A stretch of 64,000 bases of DNA from Candidatus Hydrogenedentota bacterium (GCA_963674865.2 CAXXYE010000001.1:128001-192000), one strand, 5' to 3'. Counted from the first letter of the stretch, positions 20,349 through 30,662 are shown. Numbers and translations are program-made. The notes: generated by a model not told the origin, from the sequence alone.

Positions 20349-21545
20349 ATGACGGAGGTCGAACTCTTCCGAGTACGCACCGCGCTGCTTCAGGCGTTCC
20401 TGCGCGATAACGGCTACGACGGTATCCTCTTGACCCGGCCCGATAGCTACGCCATGGCCACTGGCGGCAAGCGCAACTACATCTACGTCGCTTCCGACGC
20501 CGGCGCGAATGCGCTGTTTATCACCAAAGAGGGAAACGTCTACTTCGTGGGCAATACCATCGAGGAGCCGCGCCAGATGGCCGAGGAACTCGGCCAGCTC
20601 GGCTGCGAAGTCCGCGATTTCCTGTGGTTTGCCGATACGCCCGCGGGAGTGATCGGCAAAGAGTTCAGCGGCACGCTTGTGTCCGATGACGGCTCCCTCG
20701 GCAAGAATGTCAACGGCGAGTTGGCCGCCATCAAGGCGCTCCTTACTCCCGAGGAACTCGAGCGGTACCGCCGCCTCGGAGCCCTTTCCGCCGATGCTAT
20801 GACGGCCACTATCGACGCCATCGAGCCGGGCATGCGCGAGACCGATATTGCCGCGCGGCTGATCGCCGAAGGCGCGGGACGCCGCTGCGTTGTCCCCGTG
20901 GCTCTCGTCGCGGCCGATGAGCGCATCGAGCGCTTCCGCCATCCTTTGCCGACTGAGGCGCCGCTTACGCAAGGCAGTCTCGCCGAACGCTCGGTGAAAG
21001 GCTACGTGATGGTTGTCGGCTGTTTCCTGAGGGAAGGCCTGGTTGTCTCCATCACGCGATTCAAGCGCGTAGGGGAGATCGGTGGCCAGGTTCCCGGCGC
21101 CTACGCTCGCGTCTGCGGCGTCGATGCCTTGATGCAGGAGGCCACCGCGCCCGGAAAGACCTTGGGTGATGTGTTTGCTGTTTGCCAACAAGCCTACGCC
21201 GACCTTGGCTTCCCCAAGAACGAGTGGCACAATCACCATCAGGGCGGCGCGACAGGTTATGCCGGCCGCACCTGCAAGGGCTCGCCCGGCGAGTCCTTCC
21301 CGATACTCGACACGCTCGGCTGGGCCGGAAAAGTCAAAGACATTGCCGGCATCGACGTGGCCTTCGGCAACGCCTTCGCTTGGAACCCATCCGCCGTCGG
21401 CGTCAAATCCGAAGACACTTTCATTCTCTTGCCTGACGGCTCGAAGGAGATCGTGACGGCCACGCCCGCATTCCCCAAAGTCGACCTGGACGGCGTACTC
21501 GGACGCCGCACGGAGGTCGTGAAATCCGCGATTGCCGGTACGTAG
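20349..21545 (+). CDS. M24 / creatinase-fold hydrolase
   Basis: Creatinase-like N-domain, HHQGG, WNPS, KSEDT. Confidence 0.75.
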   Translation: MTEVELFRVRTALLQAFLRDNGYDGILLTRPDSYAMATGGKRNYIYVASDAGANALFITKEGNVYFVGNTIEEPRQMAEELGQLGCEVRDFLWFADTPAGVIGKEFSGTLVSDDGSLGKNVNGELAAIKALLTPEELERYRRLGALSADAMTATIDAIEPGMRETDIAARLIAEGAGRRCVVPVALVAADERIERFRHPLPTEAPLTQGSLAERSVKGYVMVVGCFLREGLVVSITRFKRVGEIGGQVPGAYARVCGVDALMQEATAPGKTLGDVFAVCQQAYADLGFPKNEWHNHHQGGATGYAGRTCKGSPGESFPILDTLGWAGKVKDIAGIDVAFGNAFAWNPSAVGVKSEDTFILLPDGSKEIVTATPAFPKVDLDGVLGRRTEVVKSAIAGT

Positions 21546-21596
21546 CGGCCGAGTCTTTCTAACTCTGCACCAAAGCATAGAAACGAGGATAGTTGT

Positions 21597-22823
21597 ATGC
21601 CCATGATTCCGCGGCCGGACCTCCTGACGGACGACGCGCGAGACGGCCTGGAGCTGTTTCAGTTGACTGACGAGCCGCTGCCGTCATGCCATGTCTACAT
21701 GGAAGCCCAGATCTTCACGCCTGACTCGAAACGCTTTGTCCTTCACCGCGGCGCGAACCCGCACGGCGCCGATAGAACGGATCCTGAGCATCGCTATATG
21801 CTCTGCGACCTCGAGAACGGCGGCGCCCTGTCGCCCCTTACGGATGAGATCGGTGCCATCGCCCCATCCCTTACGCCCGACGGAAAGACTATGTACTACT
21901 TCGTCGATGAAACCAGCTCCGAGGAAGGGCGGCTTACGCTGAAACGCGTGAATCTCGACGGAACCGCCCGCGAGACGCTACTCGTCATCGACGGCCCCAT
22001 CCCCGGTGCATCGCATCAGCCTCGCCACCTGTATTCCTTGTCCACCATCCGCTCCGACGGCAAGAGCCTGGCCTCTTCCGCCTTCCTTGGCGATGGCTCC
22101 ACTCCCGATGCCCCCTTTGGCCTGCTCGTCATCGACCTTGAGGAACTCACTCCGAGAATAGTCCTTTCGGGCCCCACTTGGCTCAATCTTCATGCCCAAT
22201 ACTCGCGCTCACTTGACGACCCTCACTATCGCGATATCCTTGTCCAGGAGAACCACGGCTGTCATTCCGATGCCGAAGGAAAGATTGTCAAACTCGTCGG
22301 GGGAGACGGGGCCGAGATTCACGTCGTGCGCGACGATGGCGATGATTTCCGTAGTCTCCCCTGGGGGCGCGACGGCAGGGAGTTCTGCCAGGGGCACCAG
22401 TGCTGGCATGGGCGCGGCATTACCGCCATCACCGCCGCCGACGACAAGACGAATGGCCGAAGAGACCTCGTAGAGTCCCCCGTATGCCCCTTCGCGGGAC
22501 ACATCGGCAACCAATCCCCCGGCGGCACACGCAACCTGCTCTCGCGCGATGTCGAGGCGCCCCGATTTGTTCATTTCGCCACCGACATCGCCGGCGAGTC
22601 TTTTGTAACCGATGCCTTGACGGACGATATCCAGTGGCTTGTCTACACGGCCAACTTCGACGCAGATCCGGAGGCCCCATTGCGGAACTGGCGCCATATC
22701 GCCAACACCGGCTCGTCAAAGGGCCTCCACCCGCATCCATTCCTTTCGCCCGACGGCCGCTGCGCCTTCTTCAACTCCGACGAGACAGGCCACGCGCAGG
22801 CATACATGGTGACGCTCGTGTAA
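21597..22823 (+). CDS. Oligogalacturonate lyase-like beta-propeller protein
   Basis: FTPDSK, TPDGK and C-terminal HPHPFLSPDG...FNSD. Confidence 0.65.
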   Translation: MPMIPRPDLLTDDARDGLELFQLTDEPLPSCHVYMEAQIFTPDSKRFVLHRGANPHGADRTDPEHRYMLCDLENGGALSPLTDEIGAIAPSLTPDGKTMYYFVDETSSEEGRLTLKRVNLDGTARETLLVIDGPIPGASHQPRHLYSLSTIRSDGKSLASSAFLGDGSTPDAPFGLLVIDLEELTPRIVLSGPTWLNLHAQYSRSLDDPHYRDILVQENHGCHSDAEGKIVKLVGGDGAEIHVVRDDGDDFRSLPWGRDGREFCQGHQCWHGRGITAITAADDKTNGRRDLVESPVCPFAGHIGNQSPGGTRNLLSRDVEAPRFVHFATDIAGESFVTDALTDDIQWLVYTANFDADPEAPLRNWRHIANTGSSKGLHPHPFLSPDGRCAFFNSDETGHAQAYMVTLV

Positions 22824-22842
22824 CGCCTATCGAGACACCGGC

Positions 22843-22881
22843 AAAGAAGAAAGGGGCGCGCTTTCAGACGAAAGCGCGCCC
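22843..22881. terminator. Terminator between convergent genes
   Basis: GGGCGCGCTTTC-AGAC-GAAAGCGCGCCC with an A-rich left flank. Confidence 0.75.
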
Positions 22882-22909
22882 ATGCTGTAAGTAGTTGTTG
22901 TTGTAAGGG

Positions 22910-23509
22910 TTACTCTACCGTAAACGGCGACGAGCCAGACACGGTATTCTGGGCCGTTTGCACCACTTGGAAGATCTCGTACGTGCCCGGTGCGGTATTC
23001 GCGGGGATCTTGAACTGCTGCGTGCTCACCCATGTCCCATCGGCGCGCGTCATCTGCTTCGACGAAACCTGCGACACTACCTCGCTGCCGCGCCTCAACG
23101 TCCGCGTCTCCGTGACGGTTGTGCCGGCCCCCGTGCCCAGGAGCGCATACTGAATCGATGCCTCGATCATGTTGCCCCGGTCGACCACGGAGGGGAGGGC
23201 CTGCACGCTCTCCAGCGTCAGCATCTCGCCCTGTGTGGGCTGGTAATTGTACTCCTCCACCGTTGCTTCCCGGCTCTTCTGCCGCTTCACCCGGATATCC
23301 TTGGCTACGACGCCTGTCAGCGCGCCGACCACGGCCCCGATGGCCGCGCCCTCACCTGCATGGCCGGACTGATTCCCGATGATCGCGCCCGCGCCCGCGC
23401 CCAGAAGGCCGCCCGCTGCCGCGGAGCCGCCGTACGTCTGACAACCCGTGGCGGCCAGCGCCATCGAAACCACCGCAACGCATAATCCGTAGTAAATCGC
23501 TCTCTTCAT
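22910..23509 (-). CDS. Glycine-zipper lipoprotein
   Basis: Lipobox ATGC, then GGLLGAGAGAIIG...GAAIGAVVGALTG. Confidence 0.8.
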   Translation of the reverse strand: MKRAIYYGLCVAVVSMALAATGCQTYGGSAAAGGLLGAGAGAIIGNQSGHAGEGAAIGAVVGALTGVVAKDIRVKRQKSREATVEEYNYQPTQGEMLTLESVQALPSVVDRGNMIEASIQYALLGTGAGTTVTETRTLRRGSEVVSQVSSKQMTRADGTWVSTQQFKIPANTAPGTYEIFQVVQTAQNTVSGSSPFTVE

Positions 23510-23634
23510 GGACAGTCCCTCTCAAAGTGCGAACTTCTGCAATTGCCCTTGTTCTGTTCTCATTATACACGCGGGTAGTGCCAAACAATACAAGATAGCG
23601 TGGGGGGGAGCCCCGAGCGAGCGACCTCACGGGA

Positions 23635-26007
23635 CTACATGTGCTTCTTCGTTCCGTACCACTGACTGCCGCCGTGATCGAGATGCATCACCGGAATGCC
23701 GCTCAACCGCTTCTCCCGCCCGTACTTCTGGCGTACCGCGACCCCGAAACGCCAGTCGGCGCCCTCGAAGTGGTCGAGTTCCTCGTAGGGAATCTCGGCA
23801 AGGCATTCGGCCCGGATACACTGGCAGAAACCGATGGGTACGCTTATCGCCTCCCTCAGGCGAAACTCGCCCGCGCCCTCGAGGAGTTCATTCCATTGCC
23901 GCTGCGGGTCGATCTCCCCCAACAAGATGGCCGCTGTGGTGTCCTTGGACAGCATTTTCCGCCCATCCGGAGCGATAAAATGGCAGTCTGCCTCGATTTC
24001 CTCGATGCGCGAGAACATCCGAGGATGGAGGATCGTGTCCGAGTCCAGCAGCATGATCCACTCGCCCGACGCCAGCCGACGCGCCTCGTTGATCATGAAG
24101 CCCTTCGAGCGGGCGTTTTCTTCGGAAAACGGAGCCCGGACAATGCGTAACTCAGGGTATGTCAAGGACATACTGTCGATGAGATCGTCCGTGGCGTCGA
24201 TGCCCGGCACGTACGCGATCACCACCTCGATCCGACTGAAATCGAATGCTTCCTGCCGCGCGATACTCCTGAGCACCGCCTGCAACCGGCGGGCGTAGCG
24301 TGTGCTGACAATGAGAACCGAGTACTTGACCCCTGCCTCGATGGCGGCCTCGTCTTTCGCTCCCTGCCAAATCCGCACCGTCTGCGTAACCACCTCGAGG
24401 TCGATGTTCCACACCGAGATACGCGGCTCGAGCACGCTGCCCAGCCGCGTAGGCACGTAGTGGGCGCCCTCGAATTCCATCGGCTGCACCGGCACGCCGT
24501 CTCTGAGCAGCGCGTACCGCCCCTCGGCGTTCACGTGAAGCACAAGCTGATGCGAATACTCGATCATGGGGCAAACCAGCTTGCAGTGCCGTCCCAAGCT
24601 GAAGCCGATATAGTCGGCCATCCCGCCCCCGAACGTCACGGCCACCGTCAACGGCGGCGCCGTTCGCGTCAGGATGCTGCTGACTTTCTCCGTGTTCGTT
24701 ACCGAGAACCACCGGACGCCCCCCGGCATCGCGTGCGTCCATTGCCCCTCGATCTTGTACTCGAACGAATCCACCTCGATGTCGGGCGGGGTGCCGTTCG
24801 TCAGCTCCATGGCCTCTTTCGCCAGCGAAGCCGCGGTTTCGCTCATGGTGCTCCGATCGCGGTCAACGGCGTCACAGTACTTCCGCTGGTTTCGGCAGAA
24901 CCGCAGCGGGTCCAGCACCAATTCCCCCGGCTCGGCGGTTACCGCGACCCCGGGCAGCGCCTCCTTGAAAAGAGGCGAGTCATGATCGCAAATTCGCCGT
25001 AGCGAGCAGGTTCGGCACATCGGCCCCATATTCTGCTGGGCTTTTCGCGCCGTCTCCGCGAGAACGTACTGATAGATGTCCGCGGAACTGCCGCGCGGCT
25101 TCGGCGTGCTCCGGAAAATCCGCATATGCCGCGTGATCTTGCGAAAGAACCACACCCGCAAGTTGAACCAAGGCCGGAAAGCCAGCCACGGGAACAACTT
25201 ACTGTCCACGGGATTCCGGAACGACGTATGCTGCGCTAGCAGAATCAGGATGATCTTGCTCCCCGTGATGGGGCCGCGCCTGTGCAAGAGCTTGGCCATC
25301 TCGTACGAGGTCTTGTGATACTGCTGGTGGTCGGTGAAGAATTGTTGGCTGTTTTGAGCGAAAACGCGCGTTTTTTCGTCAATCAGGCACAAAGGCAGGC
25401 CAATAAGGTTCACTTCCACATCATGCTCGTCGAGCGCCGTCGCCAAGGCGTGCATTTGGCGAATGGTGGCCTTACTCTCATCCGCGTTGCGGCAGGAGCG
25501 CGTCCCGTCAAACGGGTCTCCCACGGCCAGGTTCACAACCTTCACGCTGCCTTCTGCGAGGATCTGGGCCAGTTTCTCCGCGTCGAGGTCTGCCGGGAAT
25601 GGCGCCCTCAGTTGGAGTCGCACAGGCAACTGCACGCGGCGGCAGGCCTCAAACCAGGCTGCCAACGCCGCTGGATCGTGCCCTTCCGGGCACAAAAACA
25701 CATCGAAGAGCCCTTTTTTCGCCAATTCCGGCAGGTTTTCGGGCGGTCGAGGCGCGGCGGTGCGGAGCGAAAGGCGGACGTCGAGCAACTCCGCATGCTC
25801 CAGCAAGCTGTAGAGCTTATCCTCGTGGCCGGGAGCCACCAGAACGTCTATCTTGTCCGTCTTGTAAACCAGACGGTTGATCCGAATCCAGCGTTTCAGG
25901 TCCGTTGCCGAGTAGGGCTTCCCCCTGTTGTTCTGGAGGGCGACAAGACCTCGGACGGGAAGAAGCCGTTCCTCTCGTACCTCCACCTCAGACATGACGG
26001 AACTCAC
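23635..26007 (-). CDS. GT2 glycosyltransferase (C-terminal) fused to a degenerate radical-SAM-like N-terminal region
   Basis: C-terminal SVLIVS...GEWIMLLDSD (DxD); N-terminal GLPLC and CRTCSLRRIC. Confidence 0.65.
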   Translation of the reverse strand: MSSVMSEVEVREERLLPVRGLVALQNNRGKPYSATDLKRWIRINRLVYKTDKIDVLVAPGHEDKLYSLLEHAELLDVRLSLRTAAPRPPENLPELAKKGLFDVFLCPEGHDPAALAAWFEACRRVQLPVRLQLRAPFPADLDAEKLAQILAEGSVKVVNLAVGDPFDGTRSCRNADESKATIRQMHALATALDEHDVEVNLIGLPLCLIDEKTRVFAQNSQQFFTDHQQYHKTSYEMAKLLHRRGPITGSKIILILLAQHTSFRNPVDSKLFPWLAFRPWFNLRVWFFRKITRHMRIFRSTPKPRGSSADIYQYVLAETARKAQQNMGPMCRTCSLRRICDHDSPLFKEALPGVAVTAEPGELVLDPLRFCRNQRKYCDAVDRDRSTMSETAASLAKEAMELTNGTPPDIEVDSFEYKIEGQWTHAMPGGVRWFSVTNTEKVSSILTRTAPPLTVAVTFGGGMADYIGFSLGRHCKLVCPMIEYSHQLVLHVNAEGRYALLRDGVPVQPMEFEGAHYVPTRLGSVLEPRISVWNIDLEVVTQTVRIWQGAKDEAAIEAGVKYSVLIVSTRYARRLQAVLRSIARQEAFDFSRIEVVIAYVPGIDATDDLIDSMSLTYPELRIVRAPFSEENARSKGFMINEARRLASGEWIMLLDSDTILHPRMFSRIEEIEADCHFIAPDGRKMLSKDTTAAILLGEIDPQRQWNELLEGAGEFRLREAISVPIGFCQCIRAECLAEIPYEELDHFEGADWRFGVAVRQKYGREKRLSGIPVMHLDHGGSQWYGTKKHM

Positions 26008-26173
26008 TCATATTCGGATACTTAGCCCCTCTTGTGCATCTTGGATCCGCAGTCGAGACTATAGTCAGCCAGGGAAGAAATTGTCAAACCTGCCGCGTAC
26101 TTGCGGAGAAGCGAAAAGCTCCGTTCGGCGCGTGTTTCTGGGCGCGTGCCGCCCGACGTAATGTTCAACAGCC

Positions 26174-26845
26174 TCACTCCGCCTCGACGGCGTCCTCGCG
26201 CTCTTCTTGCACATGTTGGACCTCGACGGGCGGGGGGGAGGCCGCGGGCGGCGGTTCGGTGGCGAAGGTGAACTCCATCTGCTGATGCCGGACGAGCCGG
26301 TACCGTTTCAGCAGGCGGAGCATATGAAGCGTGGGGGAGAGGGCATAACTGCCGTTGGCGCTCACGTTGCTCAACAGGTTTCGGAGAATGGCCCCGAATT
26401 CCAGGACGTGTCCTACACCCGCCTCCTGAAGTAAGGAGATGGAGCGCTCGCGCTGATCCTGGCTCTGCGGCAGCTCGGAGACTACCAGGATCGTGGTGAA
26501 GTCCATTCCGCCAAAGACATCGCCCGCCAGGGCCGTTGACTGGCTGTCGGCGAATTGCGTCAGGACGGGATTTGACTCGACCACGGAGGGATACAGGCGA
26601 TCTCCATGCCATGCGCGCACATCAACCATGGCGCGGGCGACGCGGTGAATTTCGGTAGGATTGATGGCGAACTCGAGATCGCCGGGCAAGGCGGCATTGG
26701 TGTTCTGAACAAACAGCAAGACGGCGTGATCACTGGCGTAAGGCCGAACTTGGCCAGGCGGCCAATACGTCATGGCCTGAAACATGTTCAGCTCGAAGAA
26801 TTCCCGGACAATCTGTACGTCAACATCGCTCATGGCATGCTCCAC
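26174..26845 (-). CDS. Hypothetical protein
   Basis: 223-aa ORF in an operon-like arrangement with the TPR gene and aroB. Confidence 0.65.
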   Translation of the reverse strand: MEHAMSDVDVQIVREFFELNMFQAMTYWPPGQVRPYASDHAVLLFVQNTNAALPGDLEFAINPTEIHRVARAMVDVRAWHGDRLYPSVVESNPVLTQFADSQSTALAGDVFGGMDFTTILVVSELPQSQDQRERSISLLQEAGVGHVLEFGAILRNLLSNVSANGSYALSPTLHMLRLLKRYRLVRHQQMEFTFATEPPPAASPPPVEVQHVQEEREDAVEAE

Positions 26846-26869
26846 GGCGGTCCGGCCGCCGTCCGCCGC

Positions 26870-27751
26870 TTACGCCTCACGCAAAGCCCGGCCCAACCTG
26901 TGCTCCGGATCGAGTTTGCCTACTCGCTCGCCCATTTCCCTGGCGCGTTCACGCTGGCCCAGGCGCTGCAGGCAAAGTCCTTGCTTGACAAGGACGTCCA
27001 GGTACGAGAAGGGCTCGCCGAAGGCGGAGTAGTTTCTCCCCTGCTGCGCGCGATCTTCCGCCGCGCGGTAATGCTCGAGGGCGCGTGGAAGCTGATCTTG
27101 CACAAAGGCGATTTCGCCCCGGAAAAAGTGTCCTTCCGGCTGCTCCGGCGTCAATTCCACCTGTTTTTCGGCGAGGGCGTCCGCTTGTCCCAGCGCGTCT
27201 TCCACAAGGGCCGACTCTCTGACAAGTTTTGCCGCGCGCCCGAGGAGGAAATGGGCGGGGAAACTGGGCGCCCCGTTTGCCAGGGCCATCTGCGCCTCGC
27301 TGATGGCCTTGCGCCATTCTCCAGCGGCGAAGGCCGCCGACGCGAGGCCCAAATGCGCCCGGCCGTTCATCGGATCGATGGCGATGACTTCCTGAAAATG
27401 CTTAACCGCCTGTTCCGCCTCGCCTGCGCTCAGGAAGGCGTAGCCGAGGTCGATGCGCGCTCCAGTGTATAGCGGGCGTTCCCCTTGGATTCTACGGCCC
27501 GTCCGCGGATCGACTTGCCCACTTGCCTGTGCGGGATTCTCCAGAACGACTTGCTGCAGGATCTCAAGCGCCCGGCGCGTATCCCCCCGCCGGAGATGGC
27601 ACTTGCCAAGTTGGTGGTAGGCGGCGGTGTAATTTCGATCCAGCGAAATGGCCTTCTCGAAGCACTCGGTGGCTCGCTTGAGGTCGCCCTTCATGGCGGC
27701 CGTCAGCCCTTCGTCGTAGTAGCTCTCCGCTGATTCACCCCCAAACGGCAC
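26870..27751 (-). CDS. Tetratricopeptide repeat protein
   Basis: Repeated TPR helices (AYHQLGKCH, LGYAFLSAG, AHLGLASA). Confidence 0.85.
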   Translation of the reverse strand: MPFGGESAESYYDEGLTAAMKGDLKRATECFEKAISLDRNYTAAYHQLGKCHLRRGDTRRALEILQQVVLENPAQASGQVDPRTGRRIQGERPLYTGARIDLGYAFLSAGEAEQAVKHFQEVIAIDPMNGRAHLGLASAAFAAGEWRKAISEAQMALANGAPSFPAHFLLGRAAKLVRESALVEDALGQADALAEKQVELTPEQPEGHFFRGEIAFVQDQLPRALEHYRAAEDRAQQGRNYSAFGEPFSYLDVLVKQGLCLQRLGQRERAREMGERVGKLDPEHRLGRALREA

Positions 27752-27769
27752 GGTTAATCACACTCCCTT

Positions 27770-28861
27770 CTACTGGGCCCGCAGTTCCTCCAGAACACTC
27801 AGCACAAGGTCTTCCGGTACGTCAGTGCGTTGTACTACGTGGCCCATCCCATCGGCCAGAATGAACTTCATTGTACCAGAAACGACCTTCTTGTCATGTT
27901 TCATCGCGTGAAGCGTTTCCTCCACCGGAAGGCCGGGCCAGCGCACGGGCAAGCCGTAGGCCCTCAAACACCGCCGCTGGCGTGTCACGAAGTCCTCGTC
28001 CACAAGTCCGAGTGCTTGAGCCAGTAGGCCCGCCGCGTGCATGCCTAGGGCGACGGCCTCGCCGTGGATGAATTCGCCGTAGGCGGTCACTGCTTCGAAG
28101 GCGTGTCCAAAGGTGTGGCCGTAGTTGAGGATGGCCCGCAGGCCGTTTTCCCGCTCGTCCTCCGCCACTACCGCGGCCTTGATCTCGCACGAGCGGCGAA
28201 TCGGGTGTTCCAGCGCGTCGAGGTCCAGCCCAAGTATGGCCTCGGCGTTCTGCTCCATGTAATCGAAGAGCTCCGCATCGGCGATCAGGCCGTGCTTGAT
28301 GGCCTCCGCCAATCCCGCCCGGAGCTCACGCTCCGGCAGCGTCTCAAGAACGGTGAGGTCGATAACCACGGCCGATGGCTGATGGAACGCGCCGATGATA
28401 TTCTTGCCTGACGGATGGTTGACGCCCGTCTTGCCGCCCACGCTGGAATCCACCTGCGCGACAATTGTCGTCGGGACTTGGGCAAAACGCACGCCGCGCA
28501 TGAAGCACGCGGCCGCGAATCCTCCGACATCGCCCACCACGCCCCCGCCGAGGGTCAGCACCACGCTCCGCCTGTCGAGATTCGCCTCGAGGAAGTGTCC
28601 GCAAAACTCTTCGATACGCGCCAGACGCTTGTGTGTCTCGCCGGCGGGCATCGTACATGTCGCCGTGTTGACGCCCGCCTCCGCCGCCAATTCGGCGAGG
28701 CGTTCGCCGTACAACGCGCCGACGTTTTCATCCGTGACAATGGCCACCGTTCCGGAGGCCTTTAGCTCGCGCAGCACCTGTGGAAGCTGGGCCAGCGCTC
28801 CTTGGCCGATGTGAATAGGATATGACCTGCCGCCGAGGTCCACGCGCAGTGGAGTCTCCAC
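27770..28861 (-). CDS. aroB: 3-dehydroquinate synthase
   Basis: GGGVVGD, PTT..AQVDSSVGGKT, LNYGHTFGHAFE, HGEAV. GTG start; the ORF-track extension runs through a repeat. Confidence 0.95.
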   Translation of the reverse strand: METPLRVDLGGRSYPIHIGQGALAQLPQVLRELKASGTVAIVTDENVGALYGERLAELAAEAGVNTATCTMPAGETHKRLARIEEFCGHFLEANLDRRSVVLTLGGGVVGDVGGFAAACFMRGVRFAQVPTTIVAQVDSSVGGKTGVNHPSGKNIIGAFHQPSAVVIDLTVLETLPERELRAGLAEAIKHGLIADAELFDYMEQNAEAILGLDLDALEHPIRRSCEIKAAVVAEDERENGLRAILNYGHTFGHAFEAVTAYGEFIHGEAVALGMHAAGLLAQALGLVDEDFVTRQRRCLRAYGLPVRWPGLPVEETLHAMKHDKKVVSGTMKFILADGMGHVVQRTDVPEDLVLSVLEELRAQ

Positions 28862-28890
28862 ACCTGATTCCTTTCCTTCCGGGCCTTCCC

Positions 28891-29021
28891 GCGAAAAGCA
28901 GGGACAGACACGTCTTCGTCCGCCTGCGGCGGACTCCGCAGGTGTCAGTCCCGGTTTTTCGCTTCTTCTTGGCGTTTCTTCATCCAGGACAAGCCATGTC
29001 AATCATGCGTCAGGACATTAG
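28891..29021 (+). repeat. REP/MITE-like element, family 1, copy A (with tail)
   Basis: GCGAAAA..GGGACAGACAC...GTGTCAGTCCC..TTTTCGC hairpin plus a tail ending ATGCGTCAGGACATTAG. Confidence 0.8.
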
Positions 29022-29291
29022 GAGTCCGGCCTGAAGGCGCGGTTCCTGGTGAGTGTGGCCAGAAAACACTTGTAGGCGCTTCTGTATCAACACCCAAAGC
29101 TCTCAGCTTTCGTCATACGGTGGCTCTCTTGCCGCACCCCTAGAAAGGGCGCCGGCCGCAAGATAGCCGGTATTCTATGGCCGCTTCTCTTGCGAAGCAA
29201 ATTGCGTTTGCCCCGTGCGGTTTATCTCTCGTCGGGGATGGCCTACAATGCGTCGCACCGTCGAGGCGTGTCAATTCGTGGAGTAGACGCG

Positions 29292-30299
29292 ATGAAAGCC
29301 ATGGTTCTTGAAGACATTGCCCCCATCGAAACGGCGCCGCTCGAATGGCGGGATCTCCCCGAACCGGAGCCGGGGCCGGGCGAAGTGCGGCTCCGGGTGC
29401 GATGCTGCGCCGTCTGCCGCACCGACCTCCACGTCATCGAGGGAGAACTCCCGCGGCACACGCTGCCCATCATCCCCGGCCATCAGATCGTCGGCGTAGT
29501 TGATAAGCTTGGGCCAGGCTGCGCGGGGGTGGTCCTTGGCCAGCGGGTCGGCGTGGCGTGGCTTCGTCATACCTGCGGCACGTGCGCCTTCTGCACCGCC
29601 GGCCGCGAGAACTTGTGCGAATCCTCCCGGTACACCGGCTACCACGCCGATGGCGGCTACGCCGAGTATGCCGTCGTCCCCGCCGACTTTGCCTATCCCA
29701 TTCCCGATGCCTTCGACGACGTGGACGCCGCCCCGCTGCTCTGCGCCGGCATCATCGGCTACAGCGCCTTGCGCCGCTCAGCCATCGCTGATCGGGGCGT
29801 CCTGGCCCTGTACGGATTCGGATCATCGGCCCACGTTGTGCTCCAGATCGCCAAACACCGCGGCTGTAAAGTGTCAGTTGTCTCCCGAGGCGGCGCGCAC
29901 CTACAACTCGCACGCGAAATGGGCGCTGACTGGGCCGGCATCGATCCCGCCGAGATGCCGGAGAAGGCCGACAGCGCCATCAGTTTCGCCCCCGTTGGCC
30001 ACCTCGTGCCCCCCGCCTTGAAGGCTCTGAAGAAGGGCGGCGTTCTTGCCCTGGCGGGCATCTACATGACGGATATCCCCCCGCTGAACTACGAGGAACA
30101 CGTCTTCTACGAGCGCGATATCCGCTCCGTCACCGCCAATACGCGCGAGGACGGCCGCGCCCTTCTTGCCGAAGCCGCCCAGATTCCCATCCGCCCGCAT
30201 GTCACAACCTTTCCTCTCCGGGAGGCCAACCGCGTCCTTCAGGATCTCAAAGCCGGCCATATCAACGGCACCGGCGTGCTCATCGTCGAGTTAGAATGA
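29292..30299 (+). CDS. Zinc-dependent alcohol dehydrogenase family protein
   Basis: CRTDLH, GHQIVG, CGTCAFCTAGRENLC, LLCAG, GFGSSAH. Confidence 0.92.
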   Translation: MKAMVLEDIAPIETAPLEWRDLPEPEPGPGEVRLRVRCCAVCRTDLHVIEGELPRHTLPIIPGHQIVGVVDKLGPGCAGVVLGQRVGVAWLRHTCGTCAFCTAGRENLCESSRYTGYHADGGYAEYAVVPADFAYPIPDAFDDVDAAPLLCAGIIGYSALRRSAIADRGVLALYGFGSSAHVVLQIAKHRGCKVSVVSRGGAHLQLAREMGADWAGIDPAEMPEKADSAISFAPVGHLVPPALKALKKGGVLALAGIYMTDIPPLNYEEHVFYERDIRSVTANTREDGRALLAEAAQIPIRPHVTTFPLREANRVLQDLKAGHINGTGVLIVELE

Positions 30300-30398
30300 G
30301 CCGGAAAATGGACAGGATGAACAAGATTTCTAGGACTTGCGTGCTCAGTGTTGCCGGCCGTGTCTCCCAAAGCGGCCTTTCTGGTAATTCTCATAGGC

Positions 30399-30460
30399 GC
30401 GGAAAGCGGGGACAGACACGTCTCCGCTCTGCTTCGCTTGTGTCAGTCCCCGTTTTCCGC
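30399..30460 (+). repeat. REP-like element, family 1, copy B (hairpin only)
   Basis: GCGGAAAGCGGGGACAGACAC...GTGTCAGTCCCCGTTTTCCGC. Confidence 0.8.
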
Positions 30461-30540
30461 TCATCGATACGCGTCTCTACCGGCTAGAAGCTCTGCGGGG
30501 CTACCGCCGGGAAACAAGGGCGCTTGAGGGTAACCACGCG

Positions 30541-30662
30541 CGTCATTCCCGCGCACGCGGGAATCCAGTCAGGTAGGGAGGTGCTTAAGCAATCGCGGTG
30601 CCGTAGTCCTTGGGGTGTTCTTGACAACGTGTTTCTGGATACCTGCTTTCGCGGATATGACG
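30541..30662. repeat. dRS3/RPE-type palindromic element
   Basis: CGTCATTCCCGCGCACGCGGGAATCCAG ... CTGGATACCTGCTTTCGCGGATATGACG; ATTCCC-N8-GGGAAT core. Confidence 0.75.

Noticed and set aside
28862..29002. N-terminal extensions in the ORF track (aroB, 16450, 46911, 43886, 61813)
   Set aside because: They translate repeats or intergenic DNA; downstream starts have better RBS and family fit.
30320..30347. GACAGGATGAACAAGATT short-repeat remnant
   Set aside because: Single degenerate occurrence, too short to support a call.
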